Origin: Armatimonadota bacterium
GTDB taxonomy: Bacteria; Armatimonadota; HRBIN16
Length of the DNA stretch: 64,000 nt
Direction of reading: 5' to 3'
NCBI GenBank assembly: GCA_963677485.1
Contig: OY781964.1
Location: 32,001-96,000 of the forward strand
Shown here: in pieces, positions 1-9,492 of the stretch
Layout of the letters: each line of letters begins with the position of its first letter
Position numbering within the stretch: position 1 is the stretch's first letter
The notes under the pieces: generated by a model
The model's input: only the letters and a program-made list of their open reading frames with translations
The model's database searches: none
Told to the model about the DNA's origin: nothing
Position numbers and translations under genes: made by a program

Positions 1-469
1 CTTCAATCCCAGCCTGGGTAATTGCCGACATATGACCGTTAAGGAGTTCGTTTGGTACAGCAACCAGCAATACCGGCTGTTCCAGCATTTCGGGTGTAGC
101 CGGCATTAAACTATAACCAATCTGGCAGTCATCTACAGGTATTGAGAGGTGCTTCTGCGCTTCAAAATGAATGGTTTGCTCCAGCAGTTTGGGACTTAGT
201 TTTGGGAAGTTGACCTCACGAACCACAACCCCGGTACCACTCACGGAAGTCACCGCCATATTGATCTTAATGCCGTTATCTTTTACAGCCTTCGATATGA
301 CTGATGCAACCGCGCTAGTATCTTTTACGACACCCTCTACCACGGAGCCAGGTGGCGTTTCGCAAATGACCGCAGCATCCATCTGCCAACCTGTAGGGGT
401 TAACTCCAAATGTGTGATCTTCACACTGCTGCTGCCGATATCAATTCCCAGAACTGAAGGTAAACCCAT
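1..469 (-). CDS. pilM: Type IV pilus assembly protein PilM (actin-like), N-terminal part; runs off the window edge
   Basis: Not in the ORF track. Manual translation from ATG at 469 gives MGLPSVLGIDIGSSSVKITHL...ETPPGSVVEGVVKD...VVVREVNFPKLS...IHFEAQKHLSIPVDD, with the PilM GIDIGxxxVK motif. AGGAG RBS upstream; lies downstream of the pilin cluster. Confidence 0.9.
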   Translation of the reverse strand, partial: MGLPSVLGIDIGSSSVKITHLELTPTGWQMDAAVICETPPGSVVEGVVKDTSAVASVISKAVKDNGIKINMAVTSVSGTGVVVREVNFPKLSPKLLEQTIHFEAQKHLSIPVDDCQIGYSLMPATPEMLEQPVLLVAVPNELLNGHMSAITQAGIE

Positions 470-535
470 TCTACTCCTATGCTTCCTGAACAGATCGTTA
501 CATCTTACAATATACCAATTTACGCCTGATGCTGA

Positions 536-1003
536 TTACTGCTGTTTATCCCTTAGTTCTTTGGCCAATTGCTGCCCCCGCCGCATCTGCTCTAGCATTT
601 TATTACGCTGCGTAGAAACCAGCCGTAACCACAATCGCCATATCACAAGCGCACTGATTCCTAAAGCCAACAGTGAACCGCCCACCACCCGCAATGCCCG
701 GTACCACGGGTTTTGCATGCGTATGTCGCGTTGGACTGTTTGCAGTGCGCTTACATCCTGTGGGTTTTTCAAACGCTCTGCTTGCATTATATTATTAGAA
801 TTATCAGACTGTTGTGGACGGCTTGTCTCTTGTGGTGGCTTTATGACGGGGACATCGTCAGGCTGTTCAGAACGAGCACGATAAGCCCGCTCAACCTCGA
901 AGCTGTCTACTGAGTTCGTCGGTTGTCGCACAATCGCCCCTGAAATGTGACTAACAACCATCATCGCAACCGTAATACCGAGGCATGTAACCCGTTTTTT
1001 CAT
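536..1003 (-). CDS. Hypothetical protein with signal peptide and a C-terminal TM helix, in the pilus operon
   Basis: MKKRVTCLGITVAMMVV signal-like start; ATGA overlap with the stop of the upstream gene; hydrophobic VVGGSLLALGISALVIW segment. Confidence 0.7.
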   Translation of the reverse strand: MKKRVTCLGITVAMMVVSHISGAIVRQPTNSVDSFEVERAYRARSEQPDDVPVIKPPQETSRPQQSDNSNNIMQAERLKNPQDVSALQTVQRDIRMQNPWYRALRVVGGSLLALGISALVIWRLWLRLVSTQRNKMLEQMRRGQQLAKELRDKQQ

Positions 1004-2778
1004 AATGTTGTTTGCACCACCTTGACCTGCCATGTCTGCGATTTTAATATGGGAGCCCGTGGAAGATCAATGTCTATCAATGGCAGCCCACTTGAGTTAC
1101 GGTCTTGTATGCGATTATCATAAACGAATTTGATGGTTCCATTACCCGATAGCATGGTCGCTTCATCCTTGCATATATAACTGCCGTAAATCATGCCACT
1201 GGACAGCAATCCGCCTATCACATGGTCGGTGTACATAATAGCACTCACTTCAGAGGGTGTTCCTGCGCCTGACAGCCCCGTGGCTATTGTTCTATATTGA
1301 GCTGTACCTGAGTAATCTGTTGCAGTACCATTATATGCGGCAACCGTGTTACCACTTTCATCAAGCCGGACCTTAGTAAATGGGGGTGTTATATATTGCC
1401 TTATATAACTCAGCCAACTGCTAACGCCGGTATCGCCAAGCCAGATACTTCCCTTCGCTGCCAACCCTAGTATGTCCTTCTTTTCATTCACAGCATCAAC
1501 AGTAGCCGGGTTACTTCCCCTAAAGTCCGGTGGATTCGCATAAGAAATGCTGCCCCAGATGTGTATATTACGTTGGGTATAGATCGTGCCTTGGCCCGAC
1601 ACAGTTCCCTTAATAACACAGTCTCCCAAAACCGTCACCGGACCATGGATCTTTATTGGTTTTGTGGAATCTGTATTTAGCAGTGCTAAACTGCCGTTAT
1701 ACACCCCATTCGTTGTTTTTCTCTCATATACCTTCTTTGTGGAATTATACACATCGATAAAGGCCCCTTGGTTATAGTATGGGTTCGTAGTTCCATCAAG
1801 ATAGGTCTGTTTTGGGTCCACATAATTCTGTGACAATGTCTGGTAATAACTAATTGCAGAAAGGTCGGGCATGACCACTTCCGAAGTAGGCATCGGATCA
1901 AGTAATGTGCCAGAAAATGACCGAGTGCCTCGAGAGTCTGCCTTCACAGCTCCGCTGATACGCCCCGTAGTCACTGCAGCACCTGCATCATACAGGAAGT
2001 CACGCCACATTTCATACATTGATCCGCCTTTGGCACCATACACAGCACTGGAGTATGCCTGACGATACCTGGCCTGCATATTCGCGATATATGTCGCGTT
2101 AGTTTGTTGGCTATAAGTTCCTGACACAAGGCCGGTAGCTGCAGGTATCAGCTTGTTACTTGCTGTCGCGGCAACACTACCGTTGATCATACCACCGCCT
2201 GAAAAACTAAAGTCCCCGTTTGCCCGCATGTCTCCCATGACTTGCAAACTGGTATTTGTAAAACCTGACATCCAGCCATAGTTATGCACGAAATAGGCAT
2301 AGTCGAAAACACCTGCCCTGGGTAAAGCATAATCTACCACTTCATCTATTGAAGTCCGTGCTTCATTACTGTCTAGTATCCCGTCATTATCAACATCATC
2401 CCAACCAACACTTCTGAAAGTAACTCGTCGGCAAAACATATTGACTTGAGTATACCCCACAGCTGCCACAGCGTAGCGCATTGTAAGGTGAACCACAGCT
2501 CCGCGGGAATCGATCGGATTGGCAACCGTAGCACCTGTCAGCAAGGTATCCATCGCCGTATACGTCTGGTTCGCTTTAAAGAGTTTCCAAATGGCCAGTT
2601 TATGAACCTGTAAACCAGCTTCAGCAGCGAGAAGGGTCCTGGTATTTTGCTCTTGACGTGCAGCATACCGAAAAGCAGCCGTTGACATCTGTAGCAACAC
2701 TGTGCCAAGTGTCAAGCAGATGAACATCATCACTAAGGTGGTTACTAATGCGGCTCCCCTGTTAGCTGGTGTTCGCAC
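1000..2778 (-). CDS. PilX-like minor pilin / pilus-tip protein with large C-terminal domain
   Basis: N-terminus RGAALVTTLVMMF...LLAAEAGL is a PilX/GspK-type prepilin lacking Glu5; follows pilV- and pilW-like genes. Confidence 0.8.
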   Translation of the reverse strand: MRTPANRGAALVTTLVMMFICLTLGTVLLQMSTAAFRYAARQEQNTRTLLAAEAGLQVHKLAIWKLFKANQTYTAMDTLLTGATVANPIDSRGAVVHLTMRYAVAAVGYTQVNMFCRRVTFRSVGWDDVDNDGILDSNEARTSIDEVVDYALPRAGVFDYAYFVHNYGWMSGFTNTSLQVMGDMRANGDFSFSGGGMINGSVAATASNKLIPAATGLVSGTYSQQTNATYIANMQARYRQAYSSAVYGAKGGSMYEMWRDFLYDAGAAVTTGRISGAVKADSRGTRSFSGTLLDPMPTSEVVMPDLSAISYYQTLSQNYVDPKQTYLDGTTNPYYNQGAFIDVYNSTKKVYERKTTNGVYNGSLALLNTDSTKPIKIHGPVTVLGDCVIKGTVSGQGTIYTQRNIHIWGSISYANPPDFRGSNPATVDAVNEKKDILGLAAKGSIWLGDTGVSSWLSYIRQYITPPFTKVRLDESGNTVAAYNGTATDYSGTAQYRTIATGLSGAGTPSEVSAIMYTDHVIGGLLSSGMIYGSYICKDEATMLSGNGTIKFVYDNRIQDRNSSGLPLIDIDLPRAPILKSQTWQVKVVQTTL

Positions 2779-3317
2779 TATTTCATATTCCTTAAATATA
2801 CCATCTGGCCAATGCGGTAATCACGATTCCCTGCATTCGTCACCTTCCGGATATTCAGTAATATCCTAAGCCCTCTTAACCTAGCCGTCGGAAACACATT
2901 CGTAAAAGGAGTATAGCTTTGTCCCGTAGCCGGATCTGTGGTCAACAGACCTGTTAAGAGTGGAGCTGTTCTTCCCGACCACTCCAGGTTCCCGTTTTGA
3001 ACCCGAAACCACTTTTGCGTGGTGCTGGCGATCATCGGAGCGATGAAGTCGCCGTTGGTCTGTGCATTTGGCATATAGTAGTTTATCTGGTTGCCACTGT
3101 TTACTATTTCCATATATGCCGCGCTTCTGAGCTCGCCGGCCAGACGCTGCATGGCCAGACCGCCGTCCATGCTCATCGTGCTGTCAGCCCAGCCCCCTTG
3201 GTATATTCGCCCGCCCATGATCACCAGCGAAGTGCTGCCGAGTACAATCAGGGTGGTGATGGCCATCGCCACCATCAGCTCCACCAGCGACATACCCAGG
3301 TTAGATTGTGTTTTCAT
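2778..3317 (-). CDS. PilW-like minor pilin
   Basis: G^MSLVELMVAMAI class III signal; overlapping start/stop codons with both neighbours. Confidence 0.85.
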   Translation of the reverse strand: MKTQSNLGMSLVELMVAMAITTLIVLGSTSLVIMGGRIYQGGWADSTMSMDGGLAMQRLAGELRSAAYMEIVNSGNQINYYMPNAQTNGDFIAPMIASTTQKWFRVQNGNLEWSGRTAPLLTGLLTTDPATGQSYTPFTNVFPTARLRGLRILLNIRKVTNAGNRDYRIGQMVYLRNMK

Positions 3318-3751
3318 AAGTTGGCTATGATCGTGCTGACCGTGATGGTCTGCGTGGCCCCGCTGGAGCCTCGCCAGTTAATGATGACCAGCACTTTCTT
3401 GAGGTCAAATGCCACATCCGATACCGCCAACGTTCCGGTTCCATTGGGTAGGCGAGTGGCAGGACTGTTGGCACCGTCAGCACTAGTGATGGAATAGGGA
3501 GTAGTAGTTGGTGAGCTTCCAATAACACCATAGGCCAGCAAGCCATCGTAGGTTAAGTTACCAAAACCCACTAGCCGTACCGTTTCCATCGTACGCTGTG
3601 CAATGGTGACCGCCTCAGCCCTTAGTTTCGCATCATTGTTCACACGCATGCCCAGTGGGTATAACGCGCCAAATATGGCAATGAGGAAGCTGAATGCCAT
3701 CAGGGCAATCATCACCTCTACCAGCGTGAACGCTTTATTTTTCGTGGGCAT
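3314..3751 (-). CDS. PilV-like minor pilin
   Basis: A^FTLVEVMIAL prepilin motif; C-terminal KKVLVIINW...TVSTII strand pattern. Confidence 0.85.
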   Translation of the reverse strand: MPTKNKAFTLVEVMIALMAFSFLIAIFGALYPLGMRVNNDAKLRAEAVTIAQRTMETVRLVGFGNLTYDGLLAYGVIGSSPTTTPYSITSADGANSPATRLPNGTGTLAVSDVAFDLKKVLVIINWRGSSGATQTITVSTIIANL

Positions 3752-3781
3752 CTGCAGATGATCTCCGTGTCTAAAAATGGA

Positions 3782-3813
3782 TTGAGCGACCCCCTACTCG
3801 GAGGGTCGCTCAA
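3782..3813 (-). terminator. Hairpin between the major pilin and minor pilin genes
   Basis: TTGAGCGACCC-N10-GGGTCGCTCAA, perfect 11 bp stem ~30 bp after the pilin stop. Confidence 0.7.
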
Positions 3814-3845
3814 CTTCAGGGTTGATAAGCTTACCTAACACGTAC

Positions 3846-4187
3846 CTATGGTAAGACGTGACCCTCTACACCGCAAGTAGTCGCATAGGGAGAAGTTTCA
3901 GCCATTGTATAGGTTCCAGCTGCTGGACATACCGGCTCTGCTTTCATAGGTCCGTCAGTAGCCCACAAACCACCTTTCTCAGTTGAACTGAGTGAGGGTG
4001 TCTGGTTTTTCATTAACACTTGCTCAGTAGCAGACTGTATCTGCTTAAGGTTCGCTATACAAGCCTTCGTCTGAGCGGTGGTCCGAGCATTTAAGAAGTT
4101 AGGGATGGCGATGGCCATAAGAACACCGATGATCAAGACCACGATCATGATCTCGACTAATGTGAAACCCTTGCGTAGGTTTTTCAA
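3846..4187 (-). CDS. Type IV major pilin (PilA/ComGC-like)
   Basis: RKG^FTLVEIMIVVLIIGVLMAIAIPNF; 113 aa; C-terminal Cys pair; TTG start with GGAGG RBS. Confidence 0.9.
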   Translation of the reverse strand: MKNLRKGFTLVEIMIVVLIIGVLMAIAIPNFLNARTTAQTKACIANLKQIQSATEQVLMKNQTPSLSSTEKGGLWATDGPMKAEPVCPAAGTYTMAETSPYATTCGVEGHVLP

Positions 4188-4469
4188 GTTGAATTCCTCC
4201 CGAGATATATAGTAACGAGTTACAGTTCACCAGTATACCTGCAAACAGGGCAGACTGGTAATCGGGCACCTTCTGCAAGGAAGGAACTATGCCTGATCAT
4301 GATTTTAGCATACACGGGTTAAATATTCTTGTCAAGCCTTTTCAGGCTCCCCGCCGCATTCATGACATCAACATGAATATGATACACTGAAATACAGGAA
4401 ATAGCCGTCTATTTTGCAGTAAATATGCCAGTGTTCTATTAGTTTCTATACATATAGGTTTAACCAGCA

Positions 4470-7115
4470 ATGCCAGTTCCATTCAAAGCACACACCCCCA
4501 TGCTCCAACAGTATTTCCGCGCGAAGGAAGAATTTCCCGGCGTGATGCTTTTTATGCGTGTGGGCGATTTCTTCGAACTCTACGGTGAAGACGCCGAGAT
4601 CGCCTCGCGGGAACTAGAGCTCACCCTCACCGGACGCGAAGATGGTCCGAACGGCCGCGTCTCCATGGCGGGAGTACCCCACCATGCGGTTGAGCGATAT
4701 TTAGCCAGGCTGGTGGCGAAGGGCATCAAGGTCGCGCTTTGCGATCAGGTGGAAGACCCCAAGACAGCCAAAGGGCTTGTGAAGCGTAAAGTCACCAGAG
4801 TGGTCACACCCGGCACGATTCTGGAAGACAGCATGCTGGATGGCTCCGCAAACAACTACCTGGTAGCCTGTGTGGCAGGCAGTGACCTCAGCGGAGTGGG
4901 CGTGGTGGATGTTTCCACCGGCGAATTCCTGGCCACTGAGATTCCGGGTGACGCCACCATCGCCCGCATCGTGCAGGAGGTGCAGCGTCTGCAGCCCGCT
5001 GAAGTGCTGGTGCCCATCGAAGCGAGTGAGCTGGCCCAGGCGATCGAAGATTCCGTGGGAGCGATCGTCACCCCCTACGACCCGAATGAGTATCCTGACC
5101 GCACCAGCAGCCGCAATATACTATTGAATCACTTCTCCACCAGTTCGTTGCGCGGTTTCGGATGCGAGGATTACACGGTCGGCCTGGATGCCGCCGCGAT
5201 GGTGCTGCGTTATCTGAACCGCAACCAGGTTCAGGCACTGCAGCACATCCGCACCCTCTCCACCTATTCGGTAGAGAGCTTCATGTATCTAGACACCGCC
5301 GCGCGGCGGAACCTGGAGCTCACCAAGTCGCTGATCGACGGCACCCGCAAGGGCACCTTGATGGATACCCTGGACCGCACGCGCACGCCCATGGGCACCC
5401 GCATGATGCGCCGATGGCTGGATGAGCCGCTGCAAAGTGCCGACGAAATCAACGAACGCCTCGACGCCGTTCAAGAGCTGGTTGCCAACAGCATCCTGCG
5501 GGAGGATATCCGTACCAACCTGCGGAAGATAGGCGATGTGGAGCGCCTCATCTCTCGTGTCGCCGCCGGAGCAGCTTCACCCCGCGACTATGCTGCACTA
5601 CGAAGCTCGTTGCAGGCGTTGCCCCAACTGAACCAACTGGTGTTGGCCCTCACCTCCCCGATGGGCATAAAGCTGGCAGCACGGGTGGAGCCCCTTCCTG
5701 AACTGGAACAGTTCCTGGCCGATGCCATCATCGACGACCCGCCAGCCACCACTAAAGACGGCGGGATCATCCGCGAAGGGTTCCATGCGGAGCTGGACGC
5801 CATCCGCGCAGCGCAGCACGACGGCCGCCGCTGGATCGCACAGCTTGAGTCGGGTGAGCGCGAAAGCACTGGCATCAACACCCTGAAGGTGGGCTACAAC
5901 GCGGTGTTCGGGTATTATCTGGAGGTCACCAAAGCGAATTCCGCCAAGGTGCCGCCTCACTACACACGCAAGCAGACCACCGTGAACGCCGAACGCTACA
6001 TCACGCCTGAGCTGAAGGAGCTGGAGGCGAAGGTCACCGGGGCTGAGGAGCGCGCCGTCACCCTGGAGCACGAGCTGTTCGGAATGGTTCGCGAGAAGGT
6101 CGCTTCCTTCGCCGGAGATGTGCAGCGGATCGCCCATGCCTGTGCCACAATCGATGTGCTGTGCAGCTATGCGGACATCGCCGCCACCTATGACTACTGC
6201 CGGCCAAACATCCTTAATGAAGGCGCCATCAACATCACGGCTGGACGGCACCCAGTGGTGGAGCAGTTTGGTAATAGCAGCTTCATTCCCAACGACTGCC
6301 GTCTGGACGATACCCAGCGTATGATCGTGCTCACGGGCCCTAACATGGCTGGCAAGAGCACCTATCTGCGGCAGGTGGCGTTGATTGCGCTGATGGCACA
6401 CATCGGCTGTTTTGTGCCTGCCGATGCGGCGGACATCCCGCTTATTGACCGCATCTTTACTCGCGTCGGAGCGCATGACGAGTTGGCGACCGGACAGAGC
6501 ACCTTCATGGTGGAGATGACTGAAACCGCGACGATCCTTAACCACGCCACCGACCGCAGTCTGGTGATTCTGGATGAAATCGGCCGCGGCACCAGCACCT
6601 ATGACGGGCTGGCGATCGCATGGTCGGTCGCGGAATACCTGCTAGCAGTCGGCTGCCGCACGCTGTTCGCTACCCACTACCATTATCTGAATGAGTTGGC
6701 GAACCAGCAGCAGGTGGTTTCAAACTTCCGAGTGACCGTGCGCGAAACAGGTGACCGCATCATCTGGCTGCATAAAATCATGCCCGGCGGCACGGACAAA
6801 AGCTACGGCATCCAGGTGGCCCGCATGGCCGGAGCCCCACCGGAGATGATCGCACGGGCGCATGAGATCCTGGCTGAGCTGGAAAAGAACACCATGGACC
6901 GCAAGGATGTGGCCGGTGTGATGGGCCTTGAGCCCCCAGCCACCACCTCGGTGAAGAAGAAAAAGCTGCAGCTCACGCTGTTTGATATCGACCGCCACCC
7001 CATTATTGATGAGCTGGAGCAGTTGGATGTCAGCACCATGACACCTGTGGATGCCATCGTGAAACTGCAGGAGTGGCAGCGGAGGGTGAAGAAGGAAACT
7101 GGGGCGAAGAGGTAG
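4470..7115 (+). CDS. mutS: DNA mismatch repair protein MutS
   Basis: TPMLQQY, GDFFELY, Walker A GPNMAGKST, STFMVEM, DEIGRGTST, SYGIQVA motifs. Confidence 0.99.
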   Translation: MPVPFKAHTPMLQQYFRAKEEFPGVMLFMRVGDFFELYGEDAEIASRELELTLTGREDGPNGRVSMAGVPHHAVERYLARLVAKGIKVALCDQVEDPKTAKGLVKRKVTRVVTPGTILEDSMLDGSANNYLVACVAGSDLSGVGVVDVSTGEFLATEIPGDATIARIVQEVQRLQPAEVLVPIEASELAQAIEDSVGAIVTPYDPNEYPDRTSSRNILLNHFSTSSLRGFGCEDYTVGLDAAAMVLRYLNRNQVQALQHIRTLSTYSVESFMYLDTAARRNLELTKSLIDGTRKGTLMDTLDRTRTPMGTRMMRRWLDEPLQSADEINERLDAVQELVANSILREDIRTNLRKIGDVERLISRVAAGAASPRDYAALRSSLQALPQLNQLVLALTSPMGIKLAARVEPLPELEQFLADAIIDDPPATTKDGGIIREGFHAELDAIRAAQHDGRRWIAQLESGERESTGINTLKVGYNAVFGYYLEVTKANSAKVPPHYTRKQTTVNAERYITPELKELEAKVTGAEERAVTLEHELFGMVREKVASFAGDVQRIAHACATIDVLCSYADIAATYDYCRPNILNEGAINITAGRHPVVEQFGNSSFIPNDCRLDDTQRMIVLTGPNMAGKSTYLRQVALIALMAHIGCFVPADAADIPLIDRIFTRVGAHDELATGQSTFMVEMTETATILNHATDRSLVILDEIGRGTSTYDGLAIAWSVAEYLLAVGCRTLFATHYHYLNELANQQQVVSNFRVTVRETGDRIIWLHKIMPGGTDKSYGIQVARMAGAPPEMIARAHEILAELEKNTMDRKDVAGVMGLEPPATTSVKKKKLQLTLFDIDRHPIIDELEQLDVSTMTPVDAIVKLQEWQRRVKKETGAKR

Positions 7116-7322
7116 GGGGAGGAGTCAGGAGTGGAGGAGACAGGAGTCAGGAGAAAGGAGGACAGGAGTCAGGGACACGGCGGTTTCGGCACATTCTATT
7201 GTCACAGTGTATGTTAAAACCATAAGACGGGTAAGATGAGTAGGACGAGAAGGACAGACAACACTCCCCTTCTCCCCTTCTCTCCTTCCCTCCTGACTCC
7301 TGACTCCTGACTCCTTCTCTCC
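7116..7322. repeat. Inverted array of degenerate AGGAGTC heptamers (purine-rich arm / pyrimidine-rich arm)
   Basis: Left arm GGAGTCAGGAGTGGAGGAGACAGGAGTCAGGAG (7116-7176); right arm CTCCTGACTCCTGACTCCTGACTCCT (7264-7322); fills the gap between convergent genes. Confidence 0.8.
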
Positions 7323-9278
7323 TTACTCCTCCCCCCGTGCCCCAAAGTTGCGGTCTAACGCGATGTAGTCAAACAGGTTCACTGTGCCGTCTCCGTCGAC
7401 ATCGCCCACAATGCTGTTCTGCCCAAACCGCTTATCGAGTTCCACGTAATCAAACAGGTTGATGCTGCCCCCGCCATCGATATCGCCACCGATTAAATCC
7501 ACGTTCACCTGGCGGTCACTCGGGATGGCGGTTCGCACCGCCAGGCAGTTCACGCTTCTCACACGAACTTGTGACGCAGGATATACCGGCTCTGTACTGG
7601 CACTGCCGAAGGTGTCAAGAATCTGTTCCGTTGATCCAAGCAGACCGCCTAAGCTGTCCAGATAGTCGACGGTAACAGTGCGTCCTGCCATCTCCGTGCC
7701 GGACAGGAGGTCCGACATGATCACATGCAAACTCAAGTCCGCCGGACAAACATCGAGCCAGTAGATATCGTCCACTTGGCGGAAATTGCGAAGGCTCCAG
7801 GCACAGTTCTGCCCATCATATCCCATATTGTTCGGGTGGCTGTTACGTGAAAAGATCTGATCATAGGCATGATAGAAGTCGAGGGCATCTCCACTGCTTG
7901 TGTTGTCATAAAGCTCCTGGGTGCCGCAGGCCTCCTCGAGGTCGACCATATATCGATCACGGTTGTCGTTATCGGAGCGGCTTTCGTCCACATGCCAGAC
8001 CAACACACCTCGAGACGGCCCCACCGCAAGCCGGTTGCAGGATTCCAGCAGGAAATATTGCTGCGTCGTGTTCTGCAAGGGTATCCTAATGATCGGACCG
8101 TTGTCGATATCCACATCCTTCATCTTCAGGCTGGAAGCCGAATCTACGACAGTCGCAGCGACCCAGCCCAGCTTCATCCTAATATAGGCACTTGGGTCGC
8201 ATGGATTTCCGCCATTATTACGCCACACGCCGCCCGCCATGATGCAAAAATCACCTGCGCCAGCACTGGTATAGGTATAATCGTATAGGTCCGGCATGTC
8301 CAGCACATGAAAGAACTCATGGCAAATCACCCCCACACTGGTGATGCCCAGCGAACTTGGGGTTGACTGCCAACCTCGCTGGGCCGGCTCTGTGTGATAC
8401 TTCGTGATTCTCACACCATCCACCGCTACCCCATTAGGCCAGCCCACCCAGCTCTGGTGAGACCATATGTTGTCCGAGCTGTTGCCACCGTATTCTTGAC
8501 CAAGGCCAGCGTGGATCACATCCAGGCCATCTACGACCCCATCACCGTCACCGTCGAACTCGGAAAAGTCCACGGTGCTATCCAGTGCGGAAATCGCGTC
8601 CGACACCATCTCGGGTGCATTGACATCGGTATCCTCCCCCACATCTGCACCATAGTAAGCCATCGGTCTGGACAGTGTGACGGTGAACACGGAGCTGTGG
8701 ACTGATAGCTGCCCCCTTGAGACACGCTGGTAATATCCGTTCACAGAGCAGCGGTTGAACCCATCGTCATACCCAGGCGTGTTCAAAAGGCTTTCGTAAC
8801 TCGACACCGGATACGGCACGCTGACATCGCTGAAGTTGACCAGTATCACCAGGTTCTTCAGACTGCCGATAGGGTTGATGACCTTGGCACCAATCGGTGC
8901 CGACATATTCGTGGCACTCATCTGCCGACCGGGTAGCTTCGCGGTGGAGGTGAGTAAGGCTGGTGGGGCCCAGTTTAATCGGGGTATCCCGTGCGATGCC
9001 GGTGAAGCATTGGGTAATACCAACCAGGGAGTGGGAACTATAGCTCCCTCCGCAAGCTGAGCATAAACCCATGCCCCGCTGGCGGCTTTCATCGCCAAGT
9101 AGCCAGACGCATCTTCATGCCAGCTTTTATGCTCATCGCCGCGCAGGCGTATCTGGACTAAGTCGCCAGAAGGCTGCCTGCTACTGAAAAGTATCGGGTT
9201 GGCTGGCACCGCAAAGACAGGTAATGATGAAATGGTAACGAAAGCAATGATGGATGCTATACGGGCAAGATAAGCCAT
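7323..9278 (-). CDS. Secreted M6-family (immune inhibitor A-like) metalloprotease with C-terminal dockerin/EF-hand-like repeats
   Basis: Signal peptide; GDEH propeptide; GVICHEFFHVLDMPDLYD zinc motif; two DxDGxGxxNLFDY repeats at the C-terminus. Confidence 0.9.
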   Translation of the reverse strand: MAYLARIASIIAFVTISSLPVFAVPANPILFSSRQPSGDLVQIRLRGDEHKSWHEDASGYLAMKAASGAWVYAQLAEGAIVPTPWLVLPNASPASHGIPRLNWAPPALLTSTAKLPGRQMSATNMSAPIGAKVINPIGSLKNLVILVNFSDVSVPYPVSSYESLLNTPGYDDGFNRCSVNGYYQRVSRGQLSVHSSVFTVTLSRPMAYYGADVGEDTDVNAPEMVSDAISALDSTVDFSEFDGDGDGVVDGLDVIHAGLGQEYGGNSSDNIWSHQSWVGWPNGVAVDGVRITKYHTEPAQRGWQSTPSSLGITSVGVICHEFFHVLDMPDLYDYTYTSAGAGDFCIMAGGVWRNNGGNPCDPSAYIRMKLGWVAATVVDSASSLKMKDVDIDNGPIIRIPLQNTTQQYFLLESCNRLAVGPSRGVLVWHVDESRSDNDNRDRYMVDLEEACGTQELYDNTSSGDALDFYHAYDQIFSRNSHPNNMGYDGQNCAWSLRNFRQVDDIYWLDVCPADLSLHVIMSDLLSGTEMAGRTVTVDYLDSLGGLLGSTEQILDTFGSASTEPVYPASQVRVRSVNCLAVRTAIPSDRQVNVDLIGGDIDGGGSINLFDYVELDKRFGQNSIVGDVDGDGTVNLFDYIALDRNFGARGEE

Positions 9279-9492
9279 ATATACCCCTTCTAGACGAGTT
9301 CATCGATGATATCCCTACGTACAAGATATAACATTAGCCGTATCATTTACTACACTGCCTGGTGGCCGAAAGTTATGACAGAGAGTCCGAACTGGCCCCA
9401 TGACCAAGCATCGTCAGCACAGACCATATACCGTTTATATTCTGATATACTATGCTCATACCATCCCATCGCTATACACTGAAGGAGCTATC

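Noticed and set aside
171-884. 237 aa plus-strand ORF
   Set aside because: Antisense shadow of pilM and the 536-1003 gene.
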